From Auanema rhodensis (taxonomy: Eukaryota; Animalia; Nematoda), in the NCBI GenBank assembly GCA_964057225.1, contig CAXKVF010000077.1, forward strand, positions 744,001-808,000: a DNA stretch of 64,000 nt, read 5' to 3'. Below the pieces are notes generated by a model, which saw nothing but the letters and a program-made list of their open reading frames with translations, was not told the origin of the DNA and ran no database searches. The first letter of the stretch is position 1. The number at the start of each line of letters is the position of its first letter. Positions 12,501 to 28,512 of the stretch are shown one piece after another. The translations under genes were made by a program, and so were the position numbers.

Positions 12501-13728
12501 AATCTAATTTTGAAAACCGCATCTCTTTATCTTTCACGTGAAGCGAGTTACATACCAAGTGCACATCACGTGTACATTTAATTAGCATAAATTAAAGTTC
12601 ACGTAAATTTCAAAGTCATGGTTACCATGCACCAATATCAATAAAAATTTGTTTTTAGACTAATATGGACATGGGGAATCTAATTTTGAAAACCGCATCT
12701 CTTTATCTTTCACGTGAAGCGAGTTACATACCAAGTGCACATCACGTGTACATTTAATTAGCATAAATTAAAGTTCACGTAAATTTCAAAGTCATGGTTA
12801 CCATGCACCAATATCAATAAAAATTTGTTTTTAGACTAATATGGACATAGGGAATCTAATTTTGAAAACCGCATCTCTTTATCTTTCACGTGAAGCGAGT
12901 TACATACCAAGTGCACATCACGTGTACATTTAATTAGCATAAATTAAAGTTCACGTAAATTTCAAAGTCATGGTTACCATGCACCAATATCAATAAAAAT
13001 TTGTTTTTAGACTAATATGGACATGGGGAATCTAATTTTGAAAACCGCATATCTTTATCTTTCACGTGAAGCGAGTTACATACCAAGTGCACATCACGTG
13101 TACATTTAATTAGCATAAATTAAAGTTCACGTAAATTTCAAAGTCATGGTTACCATGAACCAATATCAATAAAAATTTGTTTTTAGACTAATATGGACAT
13201 GGGGAATCTAATTTTGAAAACCGCATCTCTTTATCTTTCACGTGAAGCGAGTTACATACCAAGTGCACATCACGTGTACATTTAATTAGCATAAATTAAA
13301 GTTCACGTAAATTTCAAAGTCATGGTTACCATGCACCAATATCAATAAAAATTTGTTTTTAGACTAATATGGACATGGGGAATCTAATTTTGAAAACCGC
13401 ATCTCTTTATCTTTCACGTGAAGCGAGTTACATACCAAGTGCACATCACGTGTACATTTAATTAGCATAAATTAAAGTTCACGTAAATTTCAAAGTCATG
13501 GTTACCATGCACCAATATCAATAAAAATTTGTTTTTAGACTAATATGGACATAGGGAATCTAATTTTGAAAACCGCATCTCTTTATCTTTCACGTGAAGC
13601 GAGTTACATACCAAGTGCACATCACGTGTACATTTAATTAGCATAAATTAAAGTTCACGTAAATTTCAAAGTCATGGTTACCATGCACCAATATCAATAA
13701 AAATTTGTTTTTAGACTAATATGGACAT

Positions 13729-16368
13729 GGGGAATCTAATTTTGAAAACCGCATATCTTTATCTTTCACGTGAAGCGAGTTACATACCAAGTGCACATCA
13801 CGTGTACATTTAATTAGCATAAATTAAAGTTCACGTAAATTTCAAAGTCATGGTTACCATGAACCAATATCAATAAAAATTTGTTTTTAGACTAATATGG
13901 ACATGAGGAATCTAATTTCGAAAACCGCATCTCTTTATCTTTCACGTGAAGCGAGTTACATACCAAGTGCACATCACGTGTACATTTAATTAGCATAAAT
14001 TAAAGTTCACGTAAATTTCAAAGTCATGGTTACCATGAACCAATATCGATAAAAATTTGTTTTTAGACTAATATGGACATAGGGAATCTAATTTTGAAAA
14101 CCGCATCTCTTTATCTTTCACGTGAAGCGAGTTACATACCAAGTGCACATCACGTGTACATTTAATTAGCATAAATTAAAGTTCACGTAAATTTCAAAGT
14201 CATGGTTACCATGAACCAATATCAATAAAAATTTGTTTTTAGACTAATATGGACATGGGGAATCTAATTTTGAAAACCGCATCTCTTTATCTTTCACGTG
14301 AAGCGAGTTACATACCAAGTGCACATCACGTGTACATTTAATTAGCATAAATTAAAGTTCACGTAAATTTCAAAGTCATGGTTACCATGAAGCAATATCA
14401 ATAAAAATTTGTTTTTAGACTAATATGGACATGGGGAATCTAATTTTGAAAACCGCATCTCTTTATCTTTCACGTGAAGCGAGTTACATACCAAGTGCAC
14501 ATCACGTGTACATTTAATTAGCATAAATTAAAGTTCACGTAAATTTCAAAGTCATGGTTACCATGAAGCAATATCAATAAAAATTTGTTTTTAGACTAAT
14601 ATGGACATGGGGAATCTAATTTTGAAAACCGCATCTCTTTATCTTTCACGTGAAGCGAGTTACATACCAAGTGCACATCACGTGTACATTTAATTAGCAT
14701 AAATTAAAGTTCACGTAAATTTCAAAGTCATGGTTACCATGAAGCAATATCAATAAAAATTTGTTTTTAGACTAATATGGACATGGGGAATCTAATTTTG
14801 AAAACCGCATCTCTTTATCTTTCACGTGAAGCGAGTTACATACCAAGTGCACATCACGTGTACATTTAATTAGCATAAATTAAAGTTCACGTAAATTTCA
14901 AAGTCATGGTTACCATGAACCAATATCAATAAAAATTTGTTTTTAGACTAATATGGACATGGGGAATCTAATTTTGAAAACCGCATCTCTTTATCTTTCA
15001 CGTGAAGCGAGTTACATACCAAGTGCACATCACGTGTACATTTAATTAGCATAAATTAAAGTTCACGTAAATTTCAAAGTCATGGTTACCATGCACCAAT
15101 ATCAATAAAAATTTGTTTTTAGACTAATATGGACATGGGGAATCTAATTTTGAAAACCGCATATCTTTATCTTTCACGTGAAGCGAGTTACATACCAAGT
15201 GCACATCACGTGTACATTTAATTAGCATAAATTAAAGTTCACGTAAATTTCAAAGTCATGGTTACCATGAACCAATATCAATAAAAATTTGTTTTTAGAC
15301 TAATATGGACATGAGGAATCTAATTTCGAAAACCGCATCTCTTTATCTTTCACGTGAAGCGAGTTACATACCAAGTGCACATCACGTGTACATTTAATTA
15401 GCATAAATTAAAGTTCACGTAAATTTCAAAGTCATGGTTACCATGAACCAATATCGATAAAAATTTGTTTTTAGACTAATATGGACATAGGGAATCTAAT
15501 TTTGAAAACCGCATCTCTTTATCTTTCACGTGAAGCGAGTTACATACCAAGTGCACATCACGTGTACATTTAATTAGCATAAATTAAAGTTCACGTAAAT
15601 TTCAAAGTCATGGTTACCATGAACCAATATCAATAAAAATTTGTTTTTAGACTAATATGGACATGGGGAATCTAATTTTGAAAACCGCATCTCTTTATCT
15701 TTCACGTGAAGCGAGTTACATACCAAGTGCACATCACGTGTACATTTAATTAGCATAAATTAAAGTTCACGTAAATTTCAAAGTCATGGTTACCATGAAG
15801 CAATATCAATAAAAATTTGTTTTTAGACTAATATGGACATGGGGAATCTAATTTTGAAAACCGCATCTCTTTATCTTTCACGTGAAGCGAGTTACATACC
15901 AAGTGCACATCACGTGTACATTTAATTAGCATAAATTAAAGTTCACGTAAATTTCAAAGTCATGGTTACCATGAAGCAATATCAATAAAAATTTGTTTTT
16001 AGACTAATATGGACATGGGGAATCTAATTTTGAAAACCGCATCTCTTTATCTTTCACGTGAAGCGAGTTACATACCAAGTGCACATCACGTGTACATTTA
16101 ATTAGCATAAATTAAAGTTCACGTAAATTTCAAAGTCATGGTTACCATGAAGCAATATCAATAAAAATTTGTTTTTAGACTAATATGGACATGGGGAATC
16201 TAATTTTGAAAACCGCATCTCTTTATCTTTCACGTGAAGCGAGTTACATACCAAGTGCACATCACGTGTACATTTAATTAGCATAAATTAAAGTTCACGT
16301 AAATTTCAAAGTCATGGTTACCATGAACCAATATCAATAAAAATTTGTTTTTAGACTAATATGGACAT
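13729..16368. repeat. 8-monomer-period (1408-bp) tandem duplication: M79-M85 = M87-M93
   Basis: The pattern 27A; 2A+15C+144G; 1A; AAG; AAG; AAG; AAC repeats 1408 bp later (e.g. GAGGAATCTAATTTCG at 13905 and 15313). Confidence 0.9.
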
Positions 16369-19300
16369 GGGGAATCTAATTTTGAAAACCGCATCTCTTT
16401 ATCTTTCACGTGAAGCGAGTTACATACCAAGTGCACATCACGTGTACATTTAATTAGCATAAATTAAAGTTCACGTAAATTTCAAAGTCATGGTTACCAT
16501 GAAGCAATATCAATAAAAATTTGTTTTTAGACTAATATGGACATGGGGAATCTAATTTTGAAAACCGCATCTCTTTATCTTTCACGTGAAGCGAGTTACA
16601 TACCAAGTGCACATCACGTGTACATTTAATTAGCATAAATTAAAGTTCACGTAAATTTCAAAGTCATGGTTACCATGCACCAATATCAATAAAAATTTGT
16701 TTTTAGACTAATATGGACATGGGGAATCTAATTTTGAAAACCGCATCTCTTTATCTTTCACGTGAAGCGAGTTACATACCAAGTGCACATCACGTGTACA
16801 TTTAATTAGCATAAATTAAAGTTCACGTAAATTTCAAAGTCATGGTTACCATGAAGCAATATCAATAAAAATTTGTTTTTAGACTAATATGGACATGGGG
16901 AATCTAATTTTGAAAACCGCATCTCTTTATCTTTCACGTGAAGCGAGTTACATACCAAGTGCACATCACGTGTACATTTAATTAGCATAAATTAAAGTTC
17001 ACGTAAATTTCAAAGTCATGGTTACCATGAAGCAATATCAATAAAAATTTGTTTTTAGACTAATATGGACATTGGGAATCTAATTTTGAAAACCGCATCT
17101 CTTTATCTTTCACGTGAAGCGAGTTACATACCAAGTGCACATCACGTGTACATTTAATTAGCATAAATTAAAGTTCACGTAAATTTCAAAGTCATGGTTA
17201 CCATGCACCAATATCAATAAAAATTTGTTTTTAGACTAATATGGACATGGGGAATCTAATTTTGAAAACCGCATCTCTTTATCTTTCACGTGAAGCGAGT
17301 TACATACCAAGTGCACATCACGTGTACATTTAATTAGCATAAATTAAAGTTCACGTAAATTTCAAAGTCATGGTTACCATGAAGCAATATCAATAAAAAT
17401 TTGTTTTTAGACTAATATGGACATGGGGAATCTAATTTTGAAAACCGTATCTCTTTATCTTTCACGTGAAGCGAGTTACATACCAAGTGCACATCACGTG
17501 TACATTTAATTAGCATAAATTAAAGTTCACGTAAATTTCAAAGTCATGGTTACCATGAACCAATATCAATAAAAATTTGTTTTTAGACTAATATGGACAT
17601 GGGGAATCTAATTTTCGAAACAGCATCTCTTTATCTTTCACGTGAAGCGAGTTACATACCAAGTGCACATCACGTGTACATTTAATTAGCATAAATTAAA
17701 GTTCACGTAAATTTCAAAGTCATGGTTACCATGAAGCAATATCAATAAAAATTTGTTTTTAGACTAATATGGACATTGGGAATCTAATTTTGAAAACCGC
17801 ATCTCTTTATCTTTCACGTGAAGCGAGTTACATACCAAGTGCACATCACGTGTACATTTAATTAGCATAAATTAAAGTTCACGTAAATTTCAAAGTCATG
17901 GTTACCATGCACCAATATCAATAAAAATTTGTTTTTAGACTAATATGGACATGGGGAATCTAATTTTGAAAACCGCATCTCTTTATCTTTCACGTGAAGC
18001 GAGTTACATACCAAGTGCACATCACGTGTACATTTAATTAGCATAAATTAAAGTTCACGTAAATTTCAAAGTCATGGTTACCATGAAGCAATATCAATAA
18101 AAATTTGTTTTTAGACTAATATGGACATGGGGAATCTAATTTTGAAAACCGTATCTCTTTATCTTTCACGTGAAGCGAGTTACATACCAAGTGCACATCA
18201 CGTGTACATTTAATTAGCATAAATTAAAGTTCACGTAAATTTCAAAGTCATGGTTACCATGAACCAATATCAATAAAAATTTGTTTTTAGACTAATATGG
18301 ACATGGGGAATCTAATTTTGAAAACCGCATCTCTTTATCTTTCACGTGAAGCGAGTTACATACCAAGTGCACATCACGTGTACATTTAATTAGCATAAAT
18401 TAAAGTTCACGTAAATTTCAAAGTCATGGTTACCATGCACCAATATCAATAAAAATTTGTTTTTAGACTAATTTGGACATGGGGAATCTAATTTTGAAAA
18501 CCGCATCTCTTTATCTTTCACGTGAAGCGAGTTACATACCAAGTGCACATCACGTGTACATTTAATTAGCATAAATTAAAGTTCACGTAAATTTCAAAGT
18601 CATGGTTACCATGAACCAATATCAATAAAAATTTGTTTTTAGACTAATATGGACATGGGGAATCTAATTTTGAAAACCGCATCTCTTTATCTTTCACGTG
18701 AAGCGAGTTACATACCAAGTGCACATCACGTGTACATTTAATTAGCATAAATTAAAGTTCACGTAAATTTCAAAGTCATGGTTACCATGAACCAATATCA
18801 ATAAAAATTTGTTTTTAGACTAATATGGACATGGGGAATCTAATTTTGAAAACCGCATCTCTTTATCTTTCACGTGAAGCGAGTTACATACCAAGTGCAC
18901 ATCACGTGTACATTTAATTAGCATAAATTAAAGTTCACGTAAATTTCAAAGTCATGGTTACCATGCACCAATATCAATAAAAATTTGTTTTTAGACTAAT
19001 ATGGACATGGGGAATCTAATTTTGAAAACCGCATCTCTTTATCTTTCACGTGAAGCGAGTTACATACCAAGTGCACATCACGTGTACATTTAATTAGCAT
19101 AAATTAAAGTTCACGTAAATTTCAAAGTCATGGTTACCATGAACCAATATCAATAAAAATTTGTTTTTAGACTAATATGGACATGGGGAATCTAATTTTG
19201 AAAACCGCATCTCTTTATCTTTTACGTGAAGCGAGTTACATACCAAGTGCACATCACGTGTACATTTAATTAGCATAAATTAAAGTTCACGTAAATTTCA

Positions 19301-21296
19301 AAGTCATGGTTACCATGAAGCAATATCAATAAAAATTTGTTTTTAGACTAATATGGACATGGGGAATCTAATTTTGAAAACTGCATCTCTTTATCTTTCA
19401 CGTGAAGCGAGTTACATACCAAGTGCACATCACGTGTACATTTAATTAGCATAAATTAAAGTTCACGTAAATTTCAAAGTCATGGTTACCATGCACCAAT
19501 ATCAATAAAAATTTGTTTTTAGACTAATATGGACATGGGGAATCTAATTTTGAAAACCGCATCTCTTTATCTTTCACGTGAAGCGAGTTACATACCAAGT
19601 GCACATCACGTGTACATTTAATTAGCATAAATTAAAGTTCACGTAAATTTCAAAGTCATGGTTACCATGAACCAATATCAATAAAAATTTGTTTTTAGAC
19701 TAATATGGACATGGGGAATCTAATTTTGAAAACCGCATCTCTTTATCTTTCACGTGAAGCGAGTTACATACCAAGTGCACATCACGTGTACATTTAATTA
19801 GCATAAATTAAAGTTCACGTAAATTTCAAAGTCATGGTTACCATGCACCAATATCAATAAAAATTTGTTTTTAGACTAATTTGGACATGGGGAATCTAAT
19901 TTTGTAAACCGCATCTCTTTATCTTTCACGTGAAGCGAGTTACATACCAAGTGCACATCACGTGTACATTTAATTAGCATAAATTAAAGTTCACGTAAAT
20001 TTCAAAGTCATGGTTACCATGCACCAATATCAATAAAAATTTGTTTTTAGACTAATATGGACATGGGGAATCTAATTTTGAAAACCGCATCTTTTTATCT
20101 TTCACGTGAAGCGAGTTACATACCAAGTGCACATCACGTGTACATTTAATTAGCATAAATTAAAGTTCACGTAAATTTCAAAGTCATGGTTACCATGCAC
20201 CAATATCAATAAAAATTTGTTTTTAGACTAATATGGACATGGGGAATCTAATTTTGAAAACCGCATCTCTTTATCTTTCACGTGAAGCGAGTTACATACC
20301 AAGTGCACATCACGTGTACATTTAATTAGCATAAATTAAAGTTCACGTAAATTTCAAAGTCATGGTTACCATGCACCAATATCAATAAAAATTTGTTTTT
20401 AGACTAATATGGACATAGGGAATCTAATTTTGAAAACCGCATCTCTTTATCTTTCACGTGAAGCGAGTTACATACCAAGTGCACATCACGTGTACATTTA
20501 ATTAGCATAAATTAAAGTTCACGTAAATTTCAAAGTCATGGTTACCATGCACCAATATCAATAAAAATTTGTTTTTAGACTAATATGGACATGGGGAATC
20601 TAATTTTGAAAACCGCATATCTTTATCTTTCACGTGAAGCGAGTTACATACCAAGTGCACATCACGTGTACATTTAATTAGCATAAATTAAAGTTCACGT
20701 AAATTTCAAAGTCATGGTTACCATGAACCAATATCAATAAAAATTTGTTTTTAGACTAATATGGACATGAGGAATCTAATTTCGAAAACCGCATCTCTTT
20801 ATCTTTCACGTGAAGCGAGTTACATACCAAGTGCACATCACGTGTACATTTAATTAGCATAAATTAAAGTTCACGTAAATTTCAAAGTCATGGTTACCAT
20901 GAACCAATATCGATAAAAATTTGTTTTTAGACTAATATGGACATAGGGAATCTAATTTTGAAAACCGCATCTCTTTATCTTTCACGTGAAGCGAGTTACA
21001 TACCAAGTGCACATCACGTGTACATTTAATTAGCATAAATTAAAGTTCACGTAAATTTCAAAGTCATGGTTACCATGCACCAATATCAATAAAAATTTGT
21101 TTTTAGACTAATATGGACATGGGGAATCTAATTTTGAAAACCGCATCTCTTTATCTTTCACGTGAAGCGAGTTACATACCAAGTGCACATCACGTGTACA
21201 TTTAATTAGCATAAGTTAAAGTTCACGTAAATTTCAAAGTCATGGTTACCATGAACCAATATCAATAAAAATTTGTTTTTAGACTAATATGGACAT

Positions 21297-24200
21297 GGGG
21301 AATCTAATTTTCGAAACCGCATCTCTTTATCTTTCACGTGAAGCGAGTTACATACCAAGTGCACATCACGTGTACATTTAATTAGCATAAATTAAAGTTC
21401 ACGTAAATTTCAAAGTCATGGTTACCATGAACCAATATCAATAAAAATTTGTTTTTAGACTAATATGGACATGGGGAATCTAATTTTGAAAACCGCATCT
21501 CTTTATCTTTCACGTGAAGCGAGTTACATACCAAGTGCACATCACGTGTACATTTAATTAGCATAAATTAAAGTTCACGTAAATTTCAAAGTCATGGTTA
21601 CCATGCACCAATATCAATAAAAATTTGTTTTTAGACTAATTTGGACATGGGGAATCTAATTTTGAAAACCGCATCTCTTTATCTTTCACGTGAAGCGAGT
21701 TACATACCAAGTGCACATCACGTGTACATTTAATTAGCATAAATTAAAGTTCACGTAAATTTCAAAGTCATGGTTACCATGAACCAATATCAATAAAAAT
21801 TTGTTTTTAGACTAATATGGACATGGGGAATCTAATTTTGAAAACCGCATCTCTTTATCTTTCACGTGAAGCGAGTTACATACCAAGTGCACATCACGTG
21901 TACATTTAATTAGCATAAATTAAAGTTCACGTAAATTTCAAAGTCATGGTTACCATGAACCAATATCAATAAAAATTTGTTTTTAGACTAATATGGACAT
22001 GGGGAATCTAATTTTGAAAACCGCATCTCTTTATCTTTCACGTGAAGCGAGTTACATACCAAGTGCACATCACGTGTACATTTAATTAGCATAAATTAAA
22101 GTTCACGTAAATTTCAAAGTCATGGTTACCATGCACCAATATCAATAAAAATTTGTTTTTAGACTAATATGGACATGGGGAATCTAATTTTGAAAACCGC
22201 ATCTCTTTATCTTTCACGTGAAGCGAGTTACATACCAAGTGCACATCACGTGTACATTTAATTAGCATAAATTAAAGTTCACGTAAATTTCAAAGTCATG
22301 GTTACCATGAACCAATATCAATAAAAATTTGTTTTTAGACTAATATGGACATGGGGAATCTAATTTTGAAAACCGCATCTCTTTATCTTTTACGTGAAGC
22401 GAGTTACATACCAAGTGCACATCACGTGTACATTTAATTAGCATAAATTAAAGTTCACGTAAATTTCAAAGTCATGGTTACCATGAACCAATATCAATAA
22501 AAATTTGTTTTTAGACTAATATGGACATGGGGAATCTAATTTTGAAAACCGCATCTCTTTATCTTTCACGTGAAGCGAGTTACATACCAAGTGCACATCA
22601 CGTGTACATTTAATTAGCATAAATTAAAGTTCACGTAAATTTCAAAGTCATGGTTACCATGCACCAATATCAATAAAAATTTGTTTTTAGACTAATTTGG
22701 ACATGGGGAATCTAATTTTGTAAACCGCATCTCTTTATCTTTCACGTGAAGCGAGTTACATACCAAGTGCACATCACGTGTACATTTAATTAGCATAAAT
22801 TAAAGTTCACGTAAATTTCAAAGTCATGGTTACCATGAACCAATATCAATAAAAATTTGTTTTTAGACTAATATGGACATGGGGAATCTAATTTTGAAAA
22901 CCGCATCTCTTTATCTTTCACGTGAAGCGAGTTACATACCAAGTGCACATCACGTGTACATTTAATTAGCATAAATTAAAGTTCACGTAAATTTCAAAGT
23001 CATGGTTACCATGCACCAATATCAATAAAAATTTGTTTTTAGACTAATATGGACATGGGGAATCTAATTTTGAAAACCGCATCTTTTTATCTTTCACGTG
23101 AAGCGAGTTACATACCAAGTGCACATCACGTGTACATTTAATTAGCATAAATTAAAGTTCACGTAAATTTCAAAGTCATGGTTACCATGAACCAATATCA
23201 ATAAAAATTTGTTTTTAGACTAATATGGACATGGGGAATCTAATTTTGAAAACCGCATCTCTTTATCTTTTACGTGAAGCGAGTTACATACCAAGTGCAC
23301 ATCACGTGTACATTTAATTAGCATAAATTAAAGTTCACGTAAATTTCAAAGTCATGGTTACCATGCACCAATATCAATAAAAATTTGTTTTTAGACTAAT
23401 ATGGACATGGGGAATCTAATTTTGAAAACCGCATCTCTTTATCTTTCACGTGAAGCGAGTTACATACCAAGTGCACATCACGTGTACATTTAATTAGCAT
23501 AAATTAAAGTTCACGTAAATTTCAAAGTCATGGTTACCATGAACCAATATCAATAAAAATTTGTTTTTAGACTAATATGGACATGGGGAATCTAATTTTG
23601 AAAACCGCATCTCTTTATCTTTTACGTGAAGCGAGTTACATACCAAGTGCACATCACGTGTACATTTAATTAGCATAAATTAAAGTTCACGTAAATTTCA
23701 AAGTCATGGTTACCATGAACCAATATCAATAAAAATTTGTTTTTAGACTAATATGGACATGGGGAATCTAATTTTGAAAACCGCATCTCTTTATCTTTCA
23801 CGTGAAGCGAGTTACATACCAAGTGCACATCACGTGTACATTTAATTAGCATAAATTAAAGTTCACGTAAATTTCAAAGTCATGGTTACCATGCACCAAT
23901 ATCAATAAAAATTTGTTTTTAGACTAATATGGACATGGGGAATCTAATTTTGAAAACCGCATCTCTTTATCTTTCACGTGAAGCGAGTTACATACCAAGT
24001 GCACATCACGTGTACATTTAATTAGCATAAATTAAAGTTCACGTAAATTTCAAAGTCATGGTTACCATGAACCAATATCAATAAAAATTTGTTTTTAGAC
24101 TAATATGGACATGGGGAATCTAATTTTGAAAACCGCATCTCTTTATCTTTCACGTGAAGCGAGTTACATACCAAGTGCACATCACGTGTACATTTAATTA

Positions 24201-26928
24201 GCATAAATTAAAGTTCACGTAAATTTCAAAGTCATGGTTACCATGCACCAATATCAATAAAAATTTGTTTTTAGACTAATATGGACATGGGGAATCTAAT
24301 TTTGAAAACCGCATCTCTTTATCTTTCACGTGAAGCGAGTTACATACCAAGTGCACATCACGTGTACATTTAATTAGCATAAATTAAAGTTCACGTAAAT
24401 TTCAAAGTCATGGTTACCATGAAGCAATATCAATAAAAATTTGTTTTTAGACTAATATGGACATGGGGAATCTAATTTTGAAAACCGCATCTCTTTATCT
24501 TTTACGTGAAGCGAGTTACATACCAAGTGCACATCACGTGTACATTTAATTAGCATAAATTAAAGTTCACGTAAATTTCAAAGTCATGGTTACCATGAAG
24601 CAATATCAATAAAAATTTGTTTTTAGACTAATATGGACATGGGGAATCTAATTTTGAAAACCGCATCTCTTTATCTTTCACGTGAAGCGAGTTACATACC
24701 AAGTGCACATCACGTGTACATTTAATTAGCATAAATTAAAGTTCAGGTAAATTTCAAAGTCATGGTTACCATGAACCAATATCAATAAAAATTTGTTTTT
24801 AGACTAATATGGACATGGGGAATCTAATTTTGAAAACCGCATCTCTTTATCTTTCACGTGAAGCGAGTTACATACCAAGTGCACATCACGTGTACATTTA
24901 ATTAGCATAAATTAAAGTTCACGTAAATTTCAAAGTCATGGTTACCATGAACGAATATCAATAAAAATTTGTTTTTAGACTAATATGGACATGGGGAATT
25001 TAATTTTGAAAACCGCATCTCTTTATCTTTCAAGTGAAGCGAGTTACATACCAAGTGCATATCACGTGTACATTTAATTAGCATAAATTAAAGTTCACGT
25101 AAATTTCAAAGTCATGGTTACCATGAAGCAATATCAATAAAAATTTGTTTTTAGACTAATATGGACATGGGGAATCTAATTTTGAAAACCGCATCTCTTT
25201 ATCTTTCACGTGAAGCGAGTTACATACCAAGTGCACATCACGTGTACATTTAATAAGAATAAATTAAAGTTCACGTAAATTTCAAAGTCATGGTTACCAT
25301 GAAGCAATATCAATAAAAATTTGTTTTTAGACTAATATGGACATGGGGAATCTAATTTTGAAAACCGCATCTCTTTATCTTTCACGTGAAGCGAGTTACA
25401 TACCAAGTGCACATCACGTGTACATTTAATTAGCATAAATTAAAGTTCACGTAAATTTCAAAGTCATGGTTACCATGAACCAATATCAATAAAAATTTGT
25501 TTTTAGACTAATATGGACATGGGGAATCTAATTTTGGAAACCTCATCTCTTTATCTTTCACGTGAAGCGAGTTACATACCAAGTGCACATCACGTGTACA
25601 TTTAATTAGCATAAATTAAAGTTCACGTAAATTTCAAAGTCATGGTTACCATGAACCAATATCAATAAAAATTTGTTTTTAGACTAATATGGACATGGGG
25701 AATCTAATTTTGGAAACCGCATCTCTTTATCTTTCACGTGAAGCGAGTTACATACCAAGTGCACATCACGTGTACATTTAATTAGCATAAATTAAAGTTC
25801 ACGTAAATTTCAAAGTCATGGTTACCATGCACCAATATCAATAAAAATTTGTTTTTAGACTAATATGGACATGGGGAATCTAATTTTGAAAACCGCATCT
25901 CTTTATCTTTCACGTGAAGCGAGTTACATACCAAGTGCACATCACGTGTACATTTAATTAGCATAAATTAAAGTTCACGTAAATTTCAAAGTCATGGTTA
26001 CCATGCACCAATATCAATAAAAATTTGTTTTTAGACTAATATGGACATGGGGAATCTAATTTTGAAAACCGCATCTCTTTATCTTTCACGTGAAGCGAGT
26101 TACATACCAAGTGCACATCACGTGTACATTTAATTAGCATAAATTAAAGTTCACGTAAATTTCAAAGTCATGGTTACCATGAACCAATATCAATAAAAAT
26201 TTGTTTTTAGACTAATATGGACATGGGGAATCTAATTTTGAAAACCGCATCTCTTTATCTTTCACGTGAAGCGAGTTACATACCAAGTGCACATCACGTG
26301 TACATTTAATTAGCATAAATTAAAGTTCACGTAAATTTCAAAGTCATGGTTACCATGAAGCAATATCAATAAAAATTTGTTTTTAGACTAATATGGACAT
26401 GGGGAATCTAATTTTGAAAACCGCATCTCTTTATCTTTCACGTGAAGCGAGTTACATACCAAGTGCACATCACGTGTACATTTAATTAGCATAAATTAAA
26501 GTTCACGTAAATTTCAAAGTCATGGTTACCATGAACCAATATCAATAAAAATTTGTTTTTAGACTAATATGGACATGGGGAATCTAATTTTGGAAACCGC
26601 ATCTCTTTATCTTTCACGTGAAGCGAGTTACATACCAAGTGCACATCACGTGTACATTTAATTAGCATAAATTAAAGTTCACGTAAATTTCAAAGTCATG
26701 GTTACCATGCACCAATATCAATAAAAATTTGTTTTTAGACTAATATGGACATGGGGAATCTAATTTTGAAAACCGCATCTCTTTATCTTTCACGTGAAGC
26801 GAGTTACATACCAAGTGCACATCACGTGTACATTTAATTAGCATAAATTAAAGTTCACGTAAATTTCAAAGTCATGGTTACCATGCACCAATATCAATAA
26901 AAATTTGTTTTTAGACTAATATCGACAT
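21297..26928. repeat. Large block duplication, copy 1 (M122-M153)
   Basis: Ordered markers 16C17G, 169T, 39T, 17T, 29T, 106G, 137G, 8T/41A/68T, 87A/90A, 17G/23T and 171C match 29217-35200. Confidence 0.9.
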
Positions 26929-28512
26929 GGGGAATCTAATTTTAAAAACCGCATCTCTTTATCTTTCACGTGAAGCGAGTTACATACCAAGTGCACATCA
27001 CGTGTACATTTAATTAGCATAAATTAAAGTTCACGTAAATTTCAAAGTCATGGTTACCATGAACCAATATCAATAAAAATTTGTTTTTAGACTAATATGG
27101 ACATGGGGAATCTAATTTTGGAAACCGCATCTCTTTATCTTTCACGTGAAGCGAGTTACATACCAAGTGCACATCACGTGTACATTTAATTAGCATAAAT
27201 TAAAGTTCACGTAAATTTCAAAGTCATGGTTACCATGCACCAATATCAATAAAAATTTGTTTTTAGACTAATATGGACATGGGGAATCTAATTTTGAAAA
27301 CCGCATCTCTTTATCTTTCACGTGAAGCGAGTTACATACCAAGTGCACATCACGTGTACATTTAATTAGCATAAATTAAAGTTCACGTAAATTTCAAAGT
27401 CATGGTTACCATGCACCAATATCAATAAAAATTTGTTTTTAGACTAATATGGACATGGGGAATCTAATTTTGAAAACCGCATCTCTTTATCTTTCACGTG
27501 AAGCGAGTTACATACCAAGTGCACATCACGTGTACATTTAATTAGCATAAATTAAAGTTCACGTAAATTTCAAAGTCATGGTTACCATGAACCAATATCA
27601 ATAAAAATTTGTTTTTAGACTAATATGGACATGGGGAATCTAATTTTGAAAACCGCATCTCTTTATCTTTCACGTGAAGCGAGTTACATACCAAGTGCAC
27701 ATCACGTGTACATTTAATTAGCATAAATTAAAGTTCACGTAAATTTCAAAGTCATGGTTACCATGAAGCAATATCAATAAAAATTTGTTTTTAGACTAAT
27801 ATGGACATGGGGAATCTAATTTTGAAAACCGCATCTCTTTATCTTTCACGTGAAGCGAGTTACATACCAAGTGCACATCACGTGTACATTTAATTAGCAT
27901 AAATTAAAGTTCACGTAAATTTCAAAGTCATGGTTACCATGAACCAATATCAATAAAAATTTGTTTTTAGACTAATATGGACATGGGGAATCTAATTTTG
28001 GAAACCGCATCTCTTTATCTTTCACGTGAAGCGAGTTACATACCAAGTGCACATCACGTGTACATTTAATTAGCATAAATTAAAGTTCACGTAAATTTCA
28101 AAGTCATGGTTACCATGCACCAATATCAATAAAAATTTGTTTTTAGACTAATATGGACATGGGGAATCTAATTTTGAAAACCGCATCTCTTTATCTTTCA
28201 CGTGAAGCGAGTTACATACCAAGTGCACATCACGTGTACATTTAATTAGCATAAATTAAAGTTCACGTAAATTTCAAAGTCATGGTTACCATGCACCAAT
28301 ATCAATAAAAATTTGTTTTTAGACTAATATCGACATGGGGAATCTAATTTTAAAAACCGCATCTCTTTATCTTTCACGTGAAGCGAGTTACATACCAAGT
28401 GCACATCACGTGTACATTTAATTAGCATAAATTAAAGTTCACGTAAATTTCAAAGTCATGGTTACCATGAACCAATATCAATAAAAATTTGTTTTTAGAC
28501 TAATATGGACAT
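25697..28512. repeat. Exact 8-monomer (1408-bp) tandem duplication: M147-M154 = M155-M162
   Basis: The pattern 17G/CAC, CAC, AAC, AAG, AAC, 17G/CAC, CAC/171C, 16A/AAC occurs twice in succession. 16A (TTTTAAAAA) is seen only in M154 and M162. Confidence 0.9.
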
